NCBI GenBank assembly: GCA_001949185.1 | Contig: BDGG01000008.1 | Span: 744,001 to 808,000, forward strand | DNA from: Ramazzottius varieornatus | Lineage: Eukaryota > Animalia > Tardigrada | Reading direction: 5' to 3' | DNA: 64,000 bases | Shown here: in pieces, positions 37,897 through 50,856 of the stretch | How positions within the stretch are numbered: position 1 is the stretch's first letter | How the letters are laid out: every line of letters starts with the position of its first letter | The notes under the pieces: generated by a model | What the model was told of the DNA's origin: nothing | The model's input: the letters and a program-made list of their open reading frames with translations, nothing else | The model's database searches: none | Position numbers and translations under genes: made by a program

Positions 37897-40800
37897 TCAT
37901 TTTACCTCTGTTATTACTCCAGCAGCTATGGTAGTTCCGCTGTCCCGAAGCTAAACAAAGTAGACAACGTAAGGAAATGGCATTGGAGTTCGAGTGTATC
38001 TGATATCGTCACGTTGCAGATTAGGACCAACTTTAACAGTACTCACTAAGAACTTCCCGAGTTCCTTCGAAGCAGAGTACAATTCCGCGCATACAGGTCT
38101 TTGCAGTAGCAGTTCGATCTCTCCGGAGGAGTTCTTGACGAGTACTCTAGGGTTGTGTTTCTGCACCTCGCCCGTATTGCGATTTATCTGCAGAAATACG
38201 CAGAGTCCGGGAGTTATCACAAAAACTGTTTGTGCTGCTTTACCTGAGTGAGTAATTTCTTGACGACGCACGATTCGGTAAACGACTGATTGTGGAAGAC
38301 ACACTCTTGTCCAGCAAGTAAAGGCACTTTGGGTGTGAAGAGCGCTATACGCCCTCTGAGCCGTGTTGTGACTGCCACTGGGCTGTTTGGATCACAGATG
38401 ATATCGCCAATGTGTACATCTGTCTGGTCAATACCGGTCAAACCCAAAATAGCATTGTCGCCGGCAAAGCAAATGTTGTGCGATTCAGCATCGAGCGTAA
38501 TGCCTGCAAGGCGATAAACATGGTGGATTACTCATTTTGAATTTCCATAGGCCGAACTCACTTTTCACCGTTCCCGTCGTCGCGCTGGGCATCAGTAAAA
38601 CTTTATCACCCACTTCGACATGTCCAGCTTCAATCTTTCCCGCTACCGCAAACCCACCCGAGACCGACTTGAAGACATCACTTATAACCTGTCACGAAAT
38701 ACAAATTCGTCAGTCACAAGTCTTCTCCTCTGAAGCGATATTTTACTCGAGAAATATTCACCTGACGGAATGGCTTATCGATTTGTCGCGTTGGAGGACG
38801 AAAATTGTCTGCAACTCAATCTGATTATCTCGTACCTCACATTTAAAATACCTAAGAAAGAACTTTACCTATTCGCTCGAGTAAGGTTGGTCCCTTCCAC
38901 CAGCTAGCAGCTTCGGTTTGAGGCCTCGCAACCAAGTTATCTCCCGAGAACCCACTACACGGTACGAACGAGACATCGCCGTCTTTATATCCCGTAGCTT
39001 TGAGGAAGGGCGAGAGAGTAGAAACGATGGAAGAATATCGTTCTTCGGACCAATCCACCGTGTCCATCTTGTTCACAACCACCACAATCTGCGTCACTCC
39101 CAAAGACCTCGCTAAGAGTGTGTGCTCTCTGGTCTGACCACCACTCTGGAACCCGGTCTCAAACTCTCCTCGGGTCGCGTCCACTACGAGAAGAGCCACA
39201 TCAGAGGTCGCCGTTCCCGTGATCATGTTGGGTATGAAGTCGCGATGGCCGGGAGCGTCCATCAAGTTAACGCAACGATTGGCGGTCTCGAAGGACGTCT
39301 GGGCTATGTCGATCGTAACACCTCGCGACCTGAATACAAGGATGAAAATAAACTCAATAAAGGGCCAAGGCATACAAAATCGAGACATTGTTTTCCGCGT
39401 GGCGCAAGCTTTCAGCTACTAACACAGAAAAAGTGCGCCAAAAACGAGCTTCACGAGTTTGTTCGCGGAGATCCCAACAAAGAAGGAAATTAATTAAGAG
39501 CAGCAGGACTTTCGGTGGTGTTGATTGATTCGTACCTTTCTTCGCCGGTTTCGTCTAGGACCCAAGCATACATGAACGAAGACTTGCCCATCTTCTTCGC
39601 CTCGTGCTCGAACTTCTGCATCTGCTTTGCGTCAACTTTCCCAAGCAGGAACAGAAGGTGACCGATCAAGGTACTCTTCCCTGCATCAACATGGCCTATG
39701 ACGATCAAGTTCAGCAGCGGTTTCGACGAACTCTGTCGTTGCTCATACAAAACCGTAGTCTTCGCCGCGGACCTAAGACCAAAGACCATTAAGACCGTTA
39801 GGACCATTACTGCTGCACCATCGTGACTTAGCATTTTCACCTGTGTGGCATTTCAGATGTCTTTGTGGACATAGGCGGAAGCTCCGTCTGGCTTTCCACT
39901 CTGGGAAGACCTTTGGCATTCTTACGATGGCTCTTCGGCGATCCATTGGAGGGTGTGGATGTCTGTGCGCGGTGGTCCCCGCTGTTCGGGGTACTTGAGT
40001 TCTTCCTATTCGACTTGGGTGATGTGGGAATAGGTGTGGTGGATATGTCGAAGACCTTCAAGTTGGGAGTGGACTCGATGCGAGGAAAGGCCTTGCCGGT
40101 GTTATCGTGAGACACTGAAACAAGGTTTTGAGATGGAGCACGGTAAGGTTTTGAGGAAATTCTGCCCTGCAGCTCTTCGGCAGCGTCCGAGTAATACTGG
40201 TTGGCGTCGTCAACGAAACTCGTAACCCAATCTGGTAGTTTAACTTCCTTCCGGACGGTTTTCGCCGTTGACATGCTACTGACCACAGTTGGGTCATTGA
40301 TTAGTACGATTCTTTCCGACCCGCTGTCAGATATTTCCACTTTCTTCTTGACGGGTGACTCGACGCGTGCAACACCACCATCAATATTCGCGACATCGTT
40401 TTCCACTAACCTTCCAAAAGAAACAACGTTTAACGGCGAGCCTTTAACGGGAGAAGAATCAATGATGATACCTGTAAGATTCTCGAGGTTCTTGGACAAC
40501 TGATGTACGGGAGCTGCAACAAGCCGATGAAATAAATCGAAGAACTTGGCAAGAAATTTTTTCGTAGCGGACTTACGTTTCGATCTTGTCATTGCGGGCT
40601 TATCCGTACTCTCTGCAAAGCAAGAGCGGTTACACCGAATTTCTACTACCGTTTTCTTTGAAAAGTGAGAAAATACCATCGTTCAGTAAGAACCGAAGAG
40701 CGAGTTCGGCGTTGTAGTTAGCTGCTAAAACAGCTTCACGTAGCTGCATTCGGGTGAATACATCTCCGGTGCAGTTCTCGATGTAATCAATACATGACTG

Positions 40801-41335
40801 AAGTTTTCCTGCAGAGATAAGACCTTGTACAACTGGAAACTCCATCCTGCGAGTAGAGTAACCCGTGGCTGATTACAAACATACTGCTATACCTTCGTCG
40901 ACTTGTTCCGAACCCAAATGGGATGCTCCACGTCGCAGGTACGACTGGTGTCCACCTTCGTCCGCTTCCTCTTCAGCCGGCCCATCCCCTTCCGGCAACG
41001 ATGGGAAGCGGTTCAAGCTTTTACTGGAATCATCCCGACGATACATGAACTGCGCAGCTACAAAATGTGACAGGATTTTGAGCTTATTAGCCCATAAGGG
41101 CCTTTCTCGCTTGATAATAGAGTGTGCCGTACCTGTACTGGGCGAAACACCAAAAGTATCCGTGTCGTCGTACGATTTTCCATATTCATCAACCTCATCG
41201 TAGTCTGCAACAGAGATCCGAATGGGTTGAGAGTCCAGGACCAGCTAGAAGGTTGAGTAGTAGTCCATGCCTCATGGCTCACGACTTGCACTCACCGTCG
41301 TAGTTCTGGTTTCTTATGTTCCTGTGCCGTGCCAT
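37897..41335 (-). CDS. HBS1L: HBS1-like translational GTPase
   Basis: N-terminal MARHRNIR; [66 protein letters not shown]; C-terminal [15 protein letters not shown]. Confidence 0.96.
39362..39466. mobile_element. Intronic fold-back element, copy D (degenerate, right arm partly deleted)
   Basis: gagacattgttttccgcgtggcgcaagctttcagctac...gaaaaagtgcgccaaaaacg, in an HBS1L intron (~39330-39535). Confidence 0.65.
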
Positions 41336-42215
41336 CCTCGCCCGCGCAATACAGGCTGCTCGTTAGTACTGCTACTTCGGATACTCCAGCGAAGGTCCCG
41401 TCAGAATAAGAGTGCGATTCAAGTAACTGTAAAGGACGAGCGAATGTTGGAAAAGAAAAAAGATCTACGACTTCCGCTCAGAGCTCGCTGGATGCCGCAT
41501 GACGTCATCCGGTGTGTGCTGGGTAGTTTTGGTGCCACGGTGTTGCACAACTGTTTTCGACGCTTGATGGATAGGGTGGTTGAAATGCTTTATTTCTTCA
41601 GTCAACTGTTTGGGAAAATCAGTGGAACGATTAACAATCATAGGGATGAAACCACGCCCTTGCACCATATGTTTACGATCATGCGTAAGCTCTTTAAGTC
41701 AAAACAGCTGCTATTCCATAATCCAAAGTTTTCGAATTCCTTGATTCCAGTTCCTGTTTCCCGTCTTCCGAGTTTTCCGTCTTTCGATCCCTGAATATAC
41801 TAGGCGATACATGCGAGGGAAAGACAAAATCGGCCAGCCTCCGGACAGAGGCACTGTACTGCGCCTACGCATGATTATTTCGCCTGGAAGTGGAGGCAGA
41901 TTATCCTGGAGCTTAGTCAAAGGTTCGTGATGATACTGTATTACTGTGGACTAGGCTTTCCTTATATTATGGTCATCACTGAATGCGTTTTGTGCAAGCA
42001 GGACGTCTGCCCTGTTAGCCTAATCCAGACCTAAGCTGCCACCAGGTTCGGGCTTACGTACAGATGGCCTTTTTGCAGGGAGCACGGACTTGCCCAAAAT
42101 CGCATTAATCGCCAATGCTTACGCAGGTGTGAACAGTAAATTTGAACCAACTATGTGACTGGGGTTTGGTGGTGCGGGACATCTAGATCGCTCAGGCTAA
42201 GGACTCTACGGTAGC

Positions 42216-44525
42216 ATGGCAGGGATGTATGCGGAAATAGAGGCGGAAATGGACGTTGTTGAAAATCCCGACGTTGTCGCTGCTCGAAGAAGATTCCAGC
42301 TCAGGAACATCGTACTAGTGGGCGTTGTCTTCATGCTGTTATCTTCCGCGTCGCAGACTTGCTCCACCGTAGAGGTACAGAAAATCACTGTTTACGATCT
42401 CCTGTGCCCTGAGCTACTTTATTCTCTTCAACCTACGTCTTTTTCTGAGCTTTAGACGATTGTCATCGACTCTGGTAAGTCCGCGTCCAGCATACGCGGT
42501 CCCTGTGATCCTCCCCCTTATGGTGCGATCGCCACCTGTATTCTCTTTTGTTCCAGTTCACGATCAGTACTTCAATGGCACAAGTACTATGGGTTACAAC
42601 CTGCTGGCGGTTCTAAATGGAGTGATCGCGAGTTCGGTGTGGATTAGTCAAACTGTGGTACGTAAACAGTGAGAAGATTTAGTTTGGTTGCCGAAGGTAA
42701 ACCTCTCTCTGCACTGACAGGTCTCCAATATCGGTCCGAAGAATGCGATGCTTGTCGGAGGCGGTAAGGCAGTCCTCGGTCTCTTGAAGCAGAATTTCAA
42801 CGAAGTTTGTTTTTTCAGTTTGTTACTTTGTGTTTGTTTCCACCTTCATAAGACCACTAGCGGGAACGCTATATGGTGGCGCTGTTATTCTCGGTATCGG
42901 ACAGGCTATGCTGTGGACCGCTGAAGGAAGTTTTCTGTCACTAAATTCGGACAAGGAAACGATTGGAAGGTGGCGAAACGAGTTTGAATTCGAGCGTACA
43001 CGTTGTACAGCATAATCAGTCTATATTCCGCAAACGAGGAACGTTCGATAACTGTGTCTCATCGTTTGCAGACATTCCACTATATTCTGGGCGTTGTACC
43101 AGACCAGCCTGCTGTGGGGGAACCTGTATGTTAGATATTCAACGATACTGGGTCTTCACTCGTACCAACATACGAAAATTAGCCTTTCTTCGGATACAGG
43201 TTCTTCTTTTATGAGATGCACGGTCAAGATACCATCGCTGACGAAACACGATACTGGATCTTCGGTTCCCTGATGGTGCTTGCAGCCGCAGGTGTCCTCG
43301 TGATACTGACACTGAAGTACCCGCTCCCCAAAGAGCTGCTGAATCCCCGAGCGACTATCCAATCTGATGGAAATCAAACGGGGTACGGATTTTACAAGTC
43401 CTGGTAGACCACTCTCAACTCCTTCGTATGCAGATGGGTTCTTTTATACAGTGTGAAGTCTAGAACCTTCCTTCAATCTATTGGTTAGTACTACCGCTCG
43501 GCGTTTAATAAGCAAGGCGTATCCAGTCTTACCGACGTCTCTTCTCCAGGTTCTTCCTTCCGGCTTCTGAGGACGCGACCCATCTGGATGATGATGTCAA
43601 CATTCATGTACATAGCTCTGGAGCAGACTTTCTGGTCAAACGTTTACCAGTCGTCGCTGGGTTACACCAAGCAGTTCGGTCCTGGTGTGTCCGAAAGTCT
43701 CGTCGGACTGTCCGGAGTCTGCGTTGGATGTGGCGAGATACTCGGTAAGCACCAAGTCTATTTTGACCTTTTTAGGTGTGTCAAGTGGTTGTTATCGTCT
43801 ATGATGTCTTTTAGGCTCCTTCGTTTATGGGTTGGTCGACAAACGGTTCCCACGGTTAGGAAGGGATCCGGTCGTCGTTAGTGGCTACCTGTTGCATATG
43901 ATCGCTTTCTTCCTCGTATTCGTCAACATTCCGAACGACGCTCCGCTGGGAGACACCTTCAGCGAGGCCATCATCCATCCCAAGTAAGTCTGTTTATGCC
44001 GGCTTCTCAACCATACTACTAGCCAAAATTTATTCATTTTCAGCTACTCTCTGGCTCTTCTCTGCTCAGTTTTGCTGGGTTTCGGTAAGCACACTGACAC
44101 TTCGCAAAAAGGCAAATTGGTTGATCACGTTTGAGTTCAGGTGATAGTGCGTTCAACATTCAACTGTATTCATTCCTCGGTGATGCCTACTCGTCGGACA
44201 GTGTCCCGGTCTTCGCTCTCTTCCAGTTTGTCTGGGTAAGTAACGGGAACTCACTTTCGTATACATAGTGTAAACTCCAATCAATCACTAAGGTTTGTGT
44301 TGTTTCTTTCAGGGCCTTACCTGCTGTGGTGCTTTCTTCTACTCGACAGTATTGAGTCTGCAGTACCAGCTGATCATTCTCGTTGTGATGGGAAGTTTGT
44401 CGATGACTACCTTCAGCAAGATCGAGTGGGAGTTCCGAAGGACACGCAGTTTTGTGGCGCCATCAGGACCACGCCCTCACCGCTCAGCTGAAGAAGAAGG
44501 ACTTCTCCATTCCCACGATTCGTGA
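42216..44525 (+). CDS. MFSD11: UNC-93-like MFS protein MFSD11, tandem copy 1
   Basis: RNIVLVGVVFMLLSSASQT, GIGQAMLWTAEGSFLSLNSDKETIGR, EQTFWSNVYQSSLGYT, LVGLSGVCVGCGEILG, LLGFGDSAFNIQLYS; many short exons. Confidence 0.9.
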
Positions 44526-45138
44526 TAACCGTAACCAAATTGCTCATTCCGCCCAGAACCATGGTTATTTTTGTAGATACATTGTTCATGATTCGAGTTT
44601 TAAGTTTTCATTACAGGAGAAATGGTTGTGATGATCTCCGGTTTTTATGATTGGCCAGAACAACGGTATGTTGAATGTTATGCACGAAAGAATTTCGAAT
44701 GTTGGGATGGATAATATATCATAGTCTTTATTAAAACTTATATCGAAATACTTTCTCGCCTGTGGCTCCTGACTCAGTGGTAATCACAATCGATTCTTCG
44801 ATCGTACCTTCTTCGAAAACCACAACTACAGCCTAGAGTTATACCTAACCGTTGTGTCTTCGGCGACCAGGTTTTTTACTAAAGGTCGCCCGGTGTAGTA
44901 CATTAGGCGTTCATTTCTGCCTGCAAGGCGAATATCAAGCGTGCGTGTGCCCGCCGGAACTTTTCCGGTGGCTTCTAATGTTCTGTTTTAGGAAATTTCT
45001 TTCGGGTACGTCTATCTCGAACATTTCATTCGTTTCGTTGTTTGCTCAGGAAGTATCTGTTCTTCCTTCTTTTTGCAGCGGACGCGTGGTGTCTTCAAGC
45101 CTCTAATCCACTGAGGGGCGGAAGTTCGCCGGTTCACC

Positions 45139-47633
45139 ATGAGTAACTGGTATGATCCCGATACCCTTCCCGCCTACACAGACTTATTTGCCCCAACGGA
45201 AACTGCTTACTTCGGACCTACCGTCTGCGATCCAGCTCTGTCGCTCTGTTCAACAGAACTCGCAAGAGATGCAGAAGTCAAAGCAAGACGGAAAATCCAG
45301 TTTTGGAATCTGGTCCAAACGGGATTCGGATACATGTTCCTGTTGTCATCAGTCCAGACCGCTTTGTCAGTCGGCGTAAGTCTTCATTTCTTTCTTCTTA
45401 TTCATCGGAATTGTTTGTTCGGTTCGTTTCTCACCTTTGCGTTCTTCTGCTGCAGACTATTGTCCTCTTCAACATACAAGACGATAAATTCCATGGAACA
45501 CCGACGATGGGATACGCACTGCTGGGCCTTGTGTACTGTGAGAACTTTGCATTCCTCCTGCTGTAATTAGCATGTGTTTGACAATGTTTATTCATAGGTA
45601 TGTTAGCGGTGGCTTACTGGCTAACACCGCCAGTGGTAAGTCCAACCCGAAAGTGGCTGCTGGCTCTAGTTCGCTGGTATGATGGCCATGTGCGGTTTGC
45701 TCGTAGGTAGCAAAACTTGGACCAGTGAACAGCATGCTGATTTGCGCAGGTGAAATTGGATAGGGATTTTTTCCATATCCAGATTGGGACGTCGGCAGAT
45801 GATTTCCACCCAGATCGCTCCCTCAAGTGGCGCATGTTTTCATTGTTATGTACTGAGACCGTGCGCCGCTTGGGAAACGGTTTGGGTGAGTTCATTTGCC
45901 GACGTCCGGAACAAAACTTTACTTAGTTCGGTCTGATGTTTGTTCATAGTGTGTTTTATCTTCTTCCTGCTGTCTTTCATCCGCCCGGTTCTCTGGCTTC
46001 TGATCATTGCGGCAGTGATAGCTGGATTTGGCTCGGCTTTACTGTCCACTGCTGGAGGAGTGTTCATGGCAAGTATCAGTGCGTCTCTGCAATTTGCCGC
46101 TTCTAAGTGTTTTGTTTTGTTGTTGGCTTAAAATTAGTAGGCCTTGAACTCAGACAGCGAGACCATCGGAAGAAATACTGGGATCTTTTTCGGACTGTAT
46201 GAGACAAGGTGAGACAGATCTCGGCACATAACTTCCTGGTTGAGCATGCCTTTAGTTAAAACTGTAGTTTGATATGGGGAAACGTGGGATTCTTCTTCAT
46301 CTTACACGGCGATACCTCCATCAGTACGTCGCAAAGGTACTGGATTTTTGGGTACTTGCTAATCCTGGCAGTCCTCGGGACCATCTTGGTTGCCTTCCTG
46401 AAACGCAAACAGGCTTCTGCAGTACTTCGCGGAAACGAGTTCGCCAGGCATGTTTCACACAAAAAGTTACACCATTCTACGTATGGTTGAAGATACTTTG
46501 TACCAATAGGTCGATCAAACGCGGAGTGTGGGACTCAATAAGTATCACAAGCCCGAGCGTCCGTTCCCACTTTACAAATTCACTTTATATCTGTTTTTTA
46601 CCGTTTTTGCCGTCGTCATATTCTTTGTGTTTGACAGAAGCCGCCGCAGCCTTGTTTTACGACATGAAAATCCTCATGCTGTGTCCTCTTGTAATATACC
46701 TTGGCAAGTCTACACCTAAGTGGATTAATTCTTCCTCCTGGCATACCCTTGATGTTTGATCTGGATTGCAGGTTTCTCTGCCGCATTTCGGAACGACATT
46801 TACAACTCGTCAATCGGATACACCAGGAAGCTCAACAGTCTGTCGCTAGTTGGGCTAGCCGGCATAGCGTTGGGTCTCGGAGAACTTAGCGGTTCGGCGG
46901 CATGTGCGGCGGCCAACACGAAGAACCCGCACATGAGTCGCGGCAAGATCGTCTTATGTGGAATCATTTGCAACTATTTCGCCTACCTTTTTATATACCT
47001 GAACCTTCCAAGCGAGGCTAACCTTGGGCCGACAGACAAGATTTCGATTATCAACCCACCCAACAAAGGACTCGCCGTCTTCTGCTCATTTCTGATGGGC
47101 ATAGGTGAGTTCCATGGACCTTCATCCATCTCGGACTTGTGTATATATGTTTTGGAAATTTTAGGCGATTCGACAATGAACGTTCAGGTAAAAACCGCAC
47201 AACTTCCTTGTCGGAGGAAGTCTTCCTCCAGTAACGATTATAGGCTTCTCTTTGGTTTTTCCAGATCTATGCGATATTAGCAGAAATGTTCGGTAAAGAC
47301 ATTGTTCCTTCAGGTATGAGCTCCACACATCCTCAACTTATGTTTGATAATCGTTAGTGTTTTGTGTTTTTTTTCAGTCGGGCTATACAACTCCATATAC
47401 GTGAGTGTCTCGTGGTTCTCGATGGTGGTCGTGCATTGTAAGGTTCGTGGGATATCCGGCTGGGACGTTTGTGGTTTCAGGCGATTTTTTGCGCGCTTGC
47501 GTACTTCCTCAGCCTGCGGGTTGAGCTCTACGCTCAGATGACAATATTGTTGGTATTGGGACTATCTGGATGGACAACGTTTGCCGTTCTAGCGCGAAAC
47601 TACGCCAGATCTCTGAGATACGAAGACATTTGA
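45139..47633 (+). CDS. UNC-93-like MFS protein MFSD11, divergent tandem copy 2
   Basis: WNLVQTGFGYMFLLSSVQT, GFGSALLSTAGGVFM|ALNSDSETIGRNTGIF, YNSSIGYT, LVGLAGIALGLGELSG, FLMGIGDSTMNVQIY; exon layout similar to copy 1. Confidence 0.85.
45785..45909. mobile_element. Intronic fold-back element, copy E
   Basis: tgggacgtcggcagatgatttccacccagatcgctccctcaagtggcgcatg...cgtgcgccgcttgggaaacggtttgggtgagttcatttgccgacgtcc, in an intron of MFSD11 copy 2. Confidence 0.87.
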
Positions 47634-48141
47634 TGCTCTAGTCCTCCGACATTTCCACCGCTCTGGTTTTTGATGAGATTTTTGTAATGCCAAGGACTTT
47701 AGTAAGCAGTTCGGGTTTCTCACCACAGTTTCACTCAGACCCAGTAGCGTTACAGAAACAACTCTGGGAAAAATAGGGCAACCGGTAAGCGATGATTGAC
47801 TACCATCACCACTAGAGTGATCCCTGCTTACAAGACAAGAAAAAACGCAAATTGTGGAAACCGGAAGTTATTAAAAGTTAAGCACGACCTTCGCTCTGTC
47901 AGCGCAGCTGTCAATAGTTCTCCTTCTCCAGCTGAGCCACCATTTCTTTGCAAAATCTTGTGAGCAGGAACAGCGATGAGTGCTTCAGGACCGTAAAGTC
48001 CATTTCTACAATGGATTTTGATCCACCTTCCTCCGGTACTTCGGCCACCCAGTACCCCCCCTAAGCAGAAAAAGTCTGCTGTTTCGACACGGAATACAAA
48101 AGTGGTTTGAACCTAAAAACTATGTTTATACAGCAAGCCGC

Positions 48142-49049
48142 TTACATGACATGGTTTCGAATAGCGATAAATTCGTCATAATTTTCCTCAAACTCAAGCA
48201 AAGGATGCTGGATTTCGTCTGCGCAGGCTTGAGGATCTGGTCGGTGATCCGAAGCATGTCGAACAGTGCAGATGATGTCGAAAAGCTTATGCTGCTTCTC
48301 TTTCAACTGTTCCACATGTCCACTGGTATAGTTCTTCGGTTTTTTATGGACGAGAAAATAACTTTGCAGTTGAGGGAACTTATCTCTTCCGGGTAACAGT
48401 TAGCCTACAACGGACGTTTAAACCCAACACGGGAGGAGTTCTCATTTACCCATTCGAGCCCACCGCCGCCCTCCTTTCCATTCCCTATCTTTTCGATGAG
48501 CAACAGACTATCCTCCCCTATTCTACTGCGGCAAAAAACAATTCGCTGCGCTTGAGAGAATGACAGCAGGGGAGGCTCGAAATCTCTCGAAGCGTCTCTT
48601 CAGCCCGGACATAGAGCGTACGTGCGCCACCGAAGTGCTAAAAGAGCTTACTGCTAGTGTAATTGATCGTCGCATCAGAACTGCATAAAACTTTCAGCCG
48701 CTTCAACCCATTCTTCAGCCCATTCTTCCTCACGTACTTGAACTTGCGTGGAAGAGCCGCTGCTGTGAAAAGAAGGCGCGCGGAAGTCGAGAAAGATGCT
48801 CTTCGTGGTCAACTGTCGCGAGCTCAGCATTCTCTTGTCACTTGCAAGACACCCTGCCAAACAGACGGTTTAGCAGACGTTCAGATTTTAAAGACAGGTT
48901 GTTTGCGCTACTCACTGCATCTCGCGAAGTCGACTGCAGACGTCCAAGTGTTCCAAGATGTCCAGGTGAAGTACATCCGGGATGTCGCGGATGATGGTCG
49001 ATGCGGTTGCCTTGGCCAACTGTCGATCATCTTCTTCTGTCCACTCCAT
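48142..49049 (-). pseudogene. F-box protein pseudogene
   Basis: MEWTEEDDRQ...IRDIPDVLHLDILEHLDVCSRLREMQ|VSCK* follows the F-box consensus, with TGA at the expected Trp position. It continues in a shifted frame (MLSSRQLTTKSIFLDF), and further open segments run to ~48142. Confidence 0.55.
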
Positions 49050-49652
49050 CCCTTATCCTTCCTTGCTGAGCGGGATGTCCTGGCGGGGGGAGTGAGTTAG
49101 AGTCGAAAGGTTGGAAAAGAGTGCTGGATGAAGTTTGGGTCGGAGCAACGAGGTGGGTTTTGGATTGGTTGATGGGAGTGGCGAAACTGTCCACTGTCCA
49201 GTTGGATACGTCCTGACGGCCCGCTCCCTCCGGTTCGACCCTCAAAAGTTCGGCTTGTCTCATTTCTTGACTCTTGAAGATTTTGTTACTTGATTGGAGA
49301 ACTGCAAATATCTTGATTGTACGATATGATCAAGCACGAGACGCAATATCAGTATAAGAAAGGAGATCTCGCTGGCTATCGTTCCTTCAACTTCCTTGAC
49401 TTCTTTCCACGTCTGTAGAATCTGTCCTTTCTTCATCGAGAAACCAGATTGCCTTTGACAGTTTATTACCACCTGACCGTACAGAGGACTGCTGTCCATG
49501 CCAGTGCTTACGTTTCCAGACTGTGAGTGATGATAGCTGGAGATCGCGTACTCCCGTCGTGTTTGGTCATCATCTGCCACGGACAGTAATCTGACGTGGT
49601 GTCCAGAAGTTACATCGAAAGCGCGGTGGCACAGTTAGGAAGGATCTCCACT

Positions 49653-50609
49653 ATGGGATCCCGAGGTAAGTATCAATAGCTGGCACCCGTGATTTGCCTC
49701 GTCATACTGTGACAGTAACTGGGAGCTCGGCAGACAATCACGACAAATTTTCCCAAGTGGCGCGCGTTCTCGTTATTCAGTGACCGAGAGCGTGCGCGAC
49801 TTGGGAAAACGGTCCTGTCGGGTGTTTGTCTATGCCTTATTTCGTATTTCCCGAGGTATGTAGGAAACCATTGTAAATATGACGGTTGGTTTTACCGTTC
49901 TGCAGGTACGCAGGGCAGTGGGAATTTAAATCCCTTCATCGACGGAATCAAACTTTGTCTTTCCGACAGATACCAGCCACCAGTACGAGTAAGTAACGCT
50001 ATAAGAATTTTTCATAAAGGTTTACTGTGGCTCGTGAAGGAGCTTCAGGATCTATAGTTTGACCTATTACAGATATCGCTTCCGAAGGAGTACAAAGATA
50101 GATATCCAGGAGATATTGAATCGATTCTGGACCTCGATGTAAGCCATTCTAATCCGAAGTTCCTTCTGGCAAAAATTGAATATTCGAGTATTTTGTAGTA
50201 TAATTTTCGGAAGGAAGAAGAGGTCCTTAAAGCATACCAAGACGAAGCTTCGAAGTCACATTCCGATAACAACCCTCATCGATCCTCCTCACCCGTCACT
50301 GCCAATGGACCTTCAAGGCCTGCTCCACCACGACCACCGCCACCCAAGGCTCCAGCTTCTAGTACGTCAAGAGACGGCTCTGGTGTTTCAATGAACCCTG
50401 CTTTTGCTTCCGTTAGCTATCGTCCCTTAGAACCTCAGAAAGCCACCAAACAGTCTGCTCAATCATCCGCTACCACTAACAACAGCACTTTCAGAGTAGA
50501 AGATTTCGAGCCGAATACACATAATCCATTCGATAACATGGAGCTCAAAAGCCTGAACGACATGGAAGAACTGCAGCACGTCTTGGCAAAAGACAGAGAG
50601 TCACATTAG
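49653..50609 (+). CDS. UBAP1: Ubiquitin-associated protein 1-like ESCRT-I subunit (UMA domain), short form of ~190 aa
   Basis: Four in-frame exons: FIDGIKLCLSDRYQPPVR|ISLP...LD|YNFRKEEEVL (UMA) and DFEPNTHNPFDNMELKSLNDMEELQHVL (conserved UBAP1 central motif), then a stop. Confidence 0.8.
49720..49838. mobile_element. Intronic fold-back element, copy F
   Basis: tgggagctcggcagacaatcacgacaaattttcccaagtggcgcgcgttctcg...cgagagcgtgcgcgacttgggaaaacggtcctgtcgggtgtttgtc, in UBAP1 intron 1. Confidence 0.87.
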
Positions 50610-50856
50610 CAGCTTACTCGTTTCGAGGCGTTTGCTTTTATCGTTTTACAGAGTCGATTTCGCTTTGGTTCACCCTAGTCAAATTCTGCTCGCGAGAAAT
50701 GTCAGCCAGCTTCTAAACGTGATTGTTGCCAGGTTTGCTGTTCTTTCTCCATGTACTTCCGGTTCAGGCCATGAAGTTCGAAGCATGTGAATCGTTCAAG
50801 GTGGACACTGTTGTAAAGTTTCTTCATCATGGGGAATCCAAGTAGTATTTTTTACC

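Noticed and set aside
41267-41920. 175-aa and shorter ORFs upstream of HBS1L
   Set aside because: They are antisense to the HBS1L first exon and promoter and show no homology or coding-like composition.
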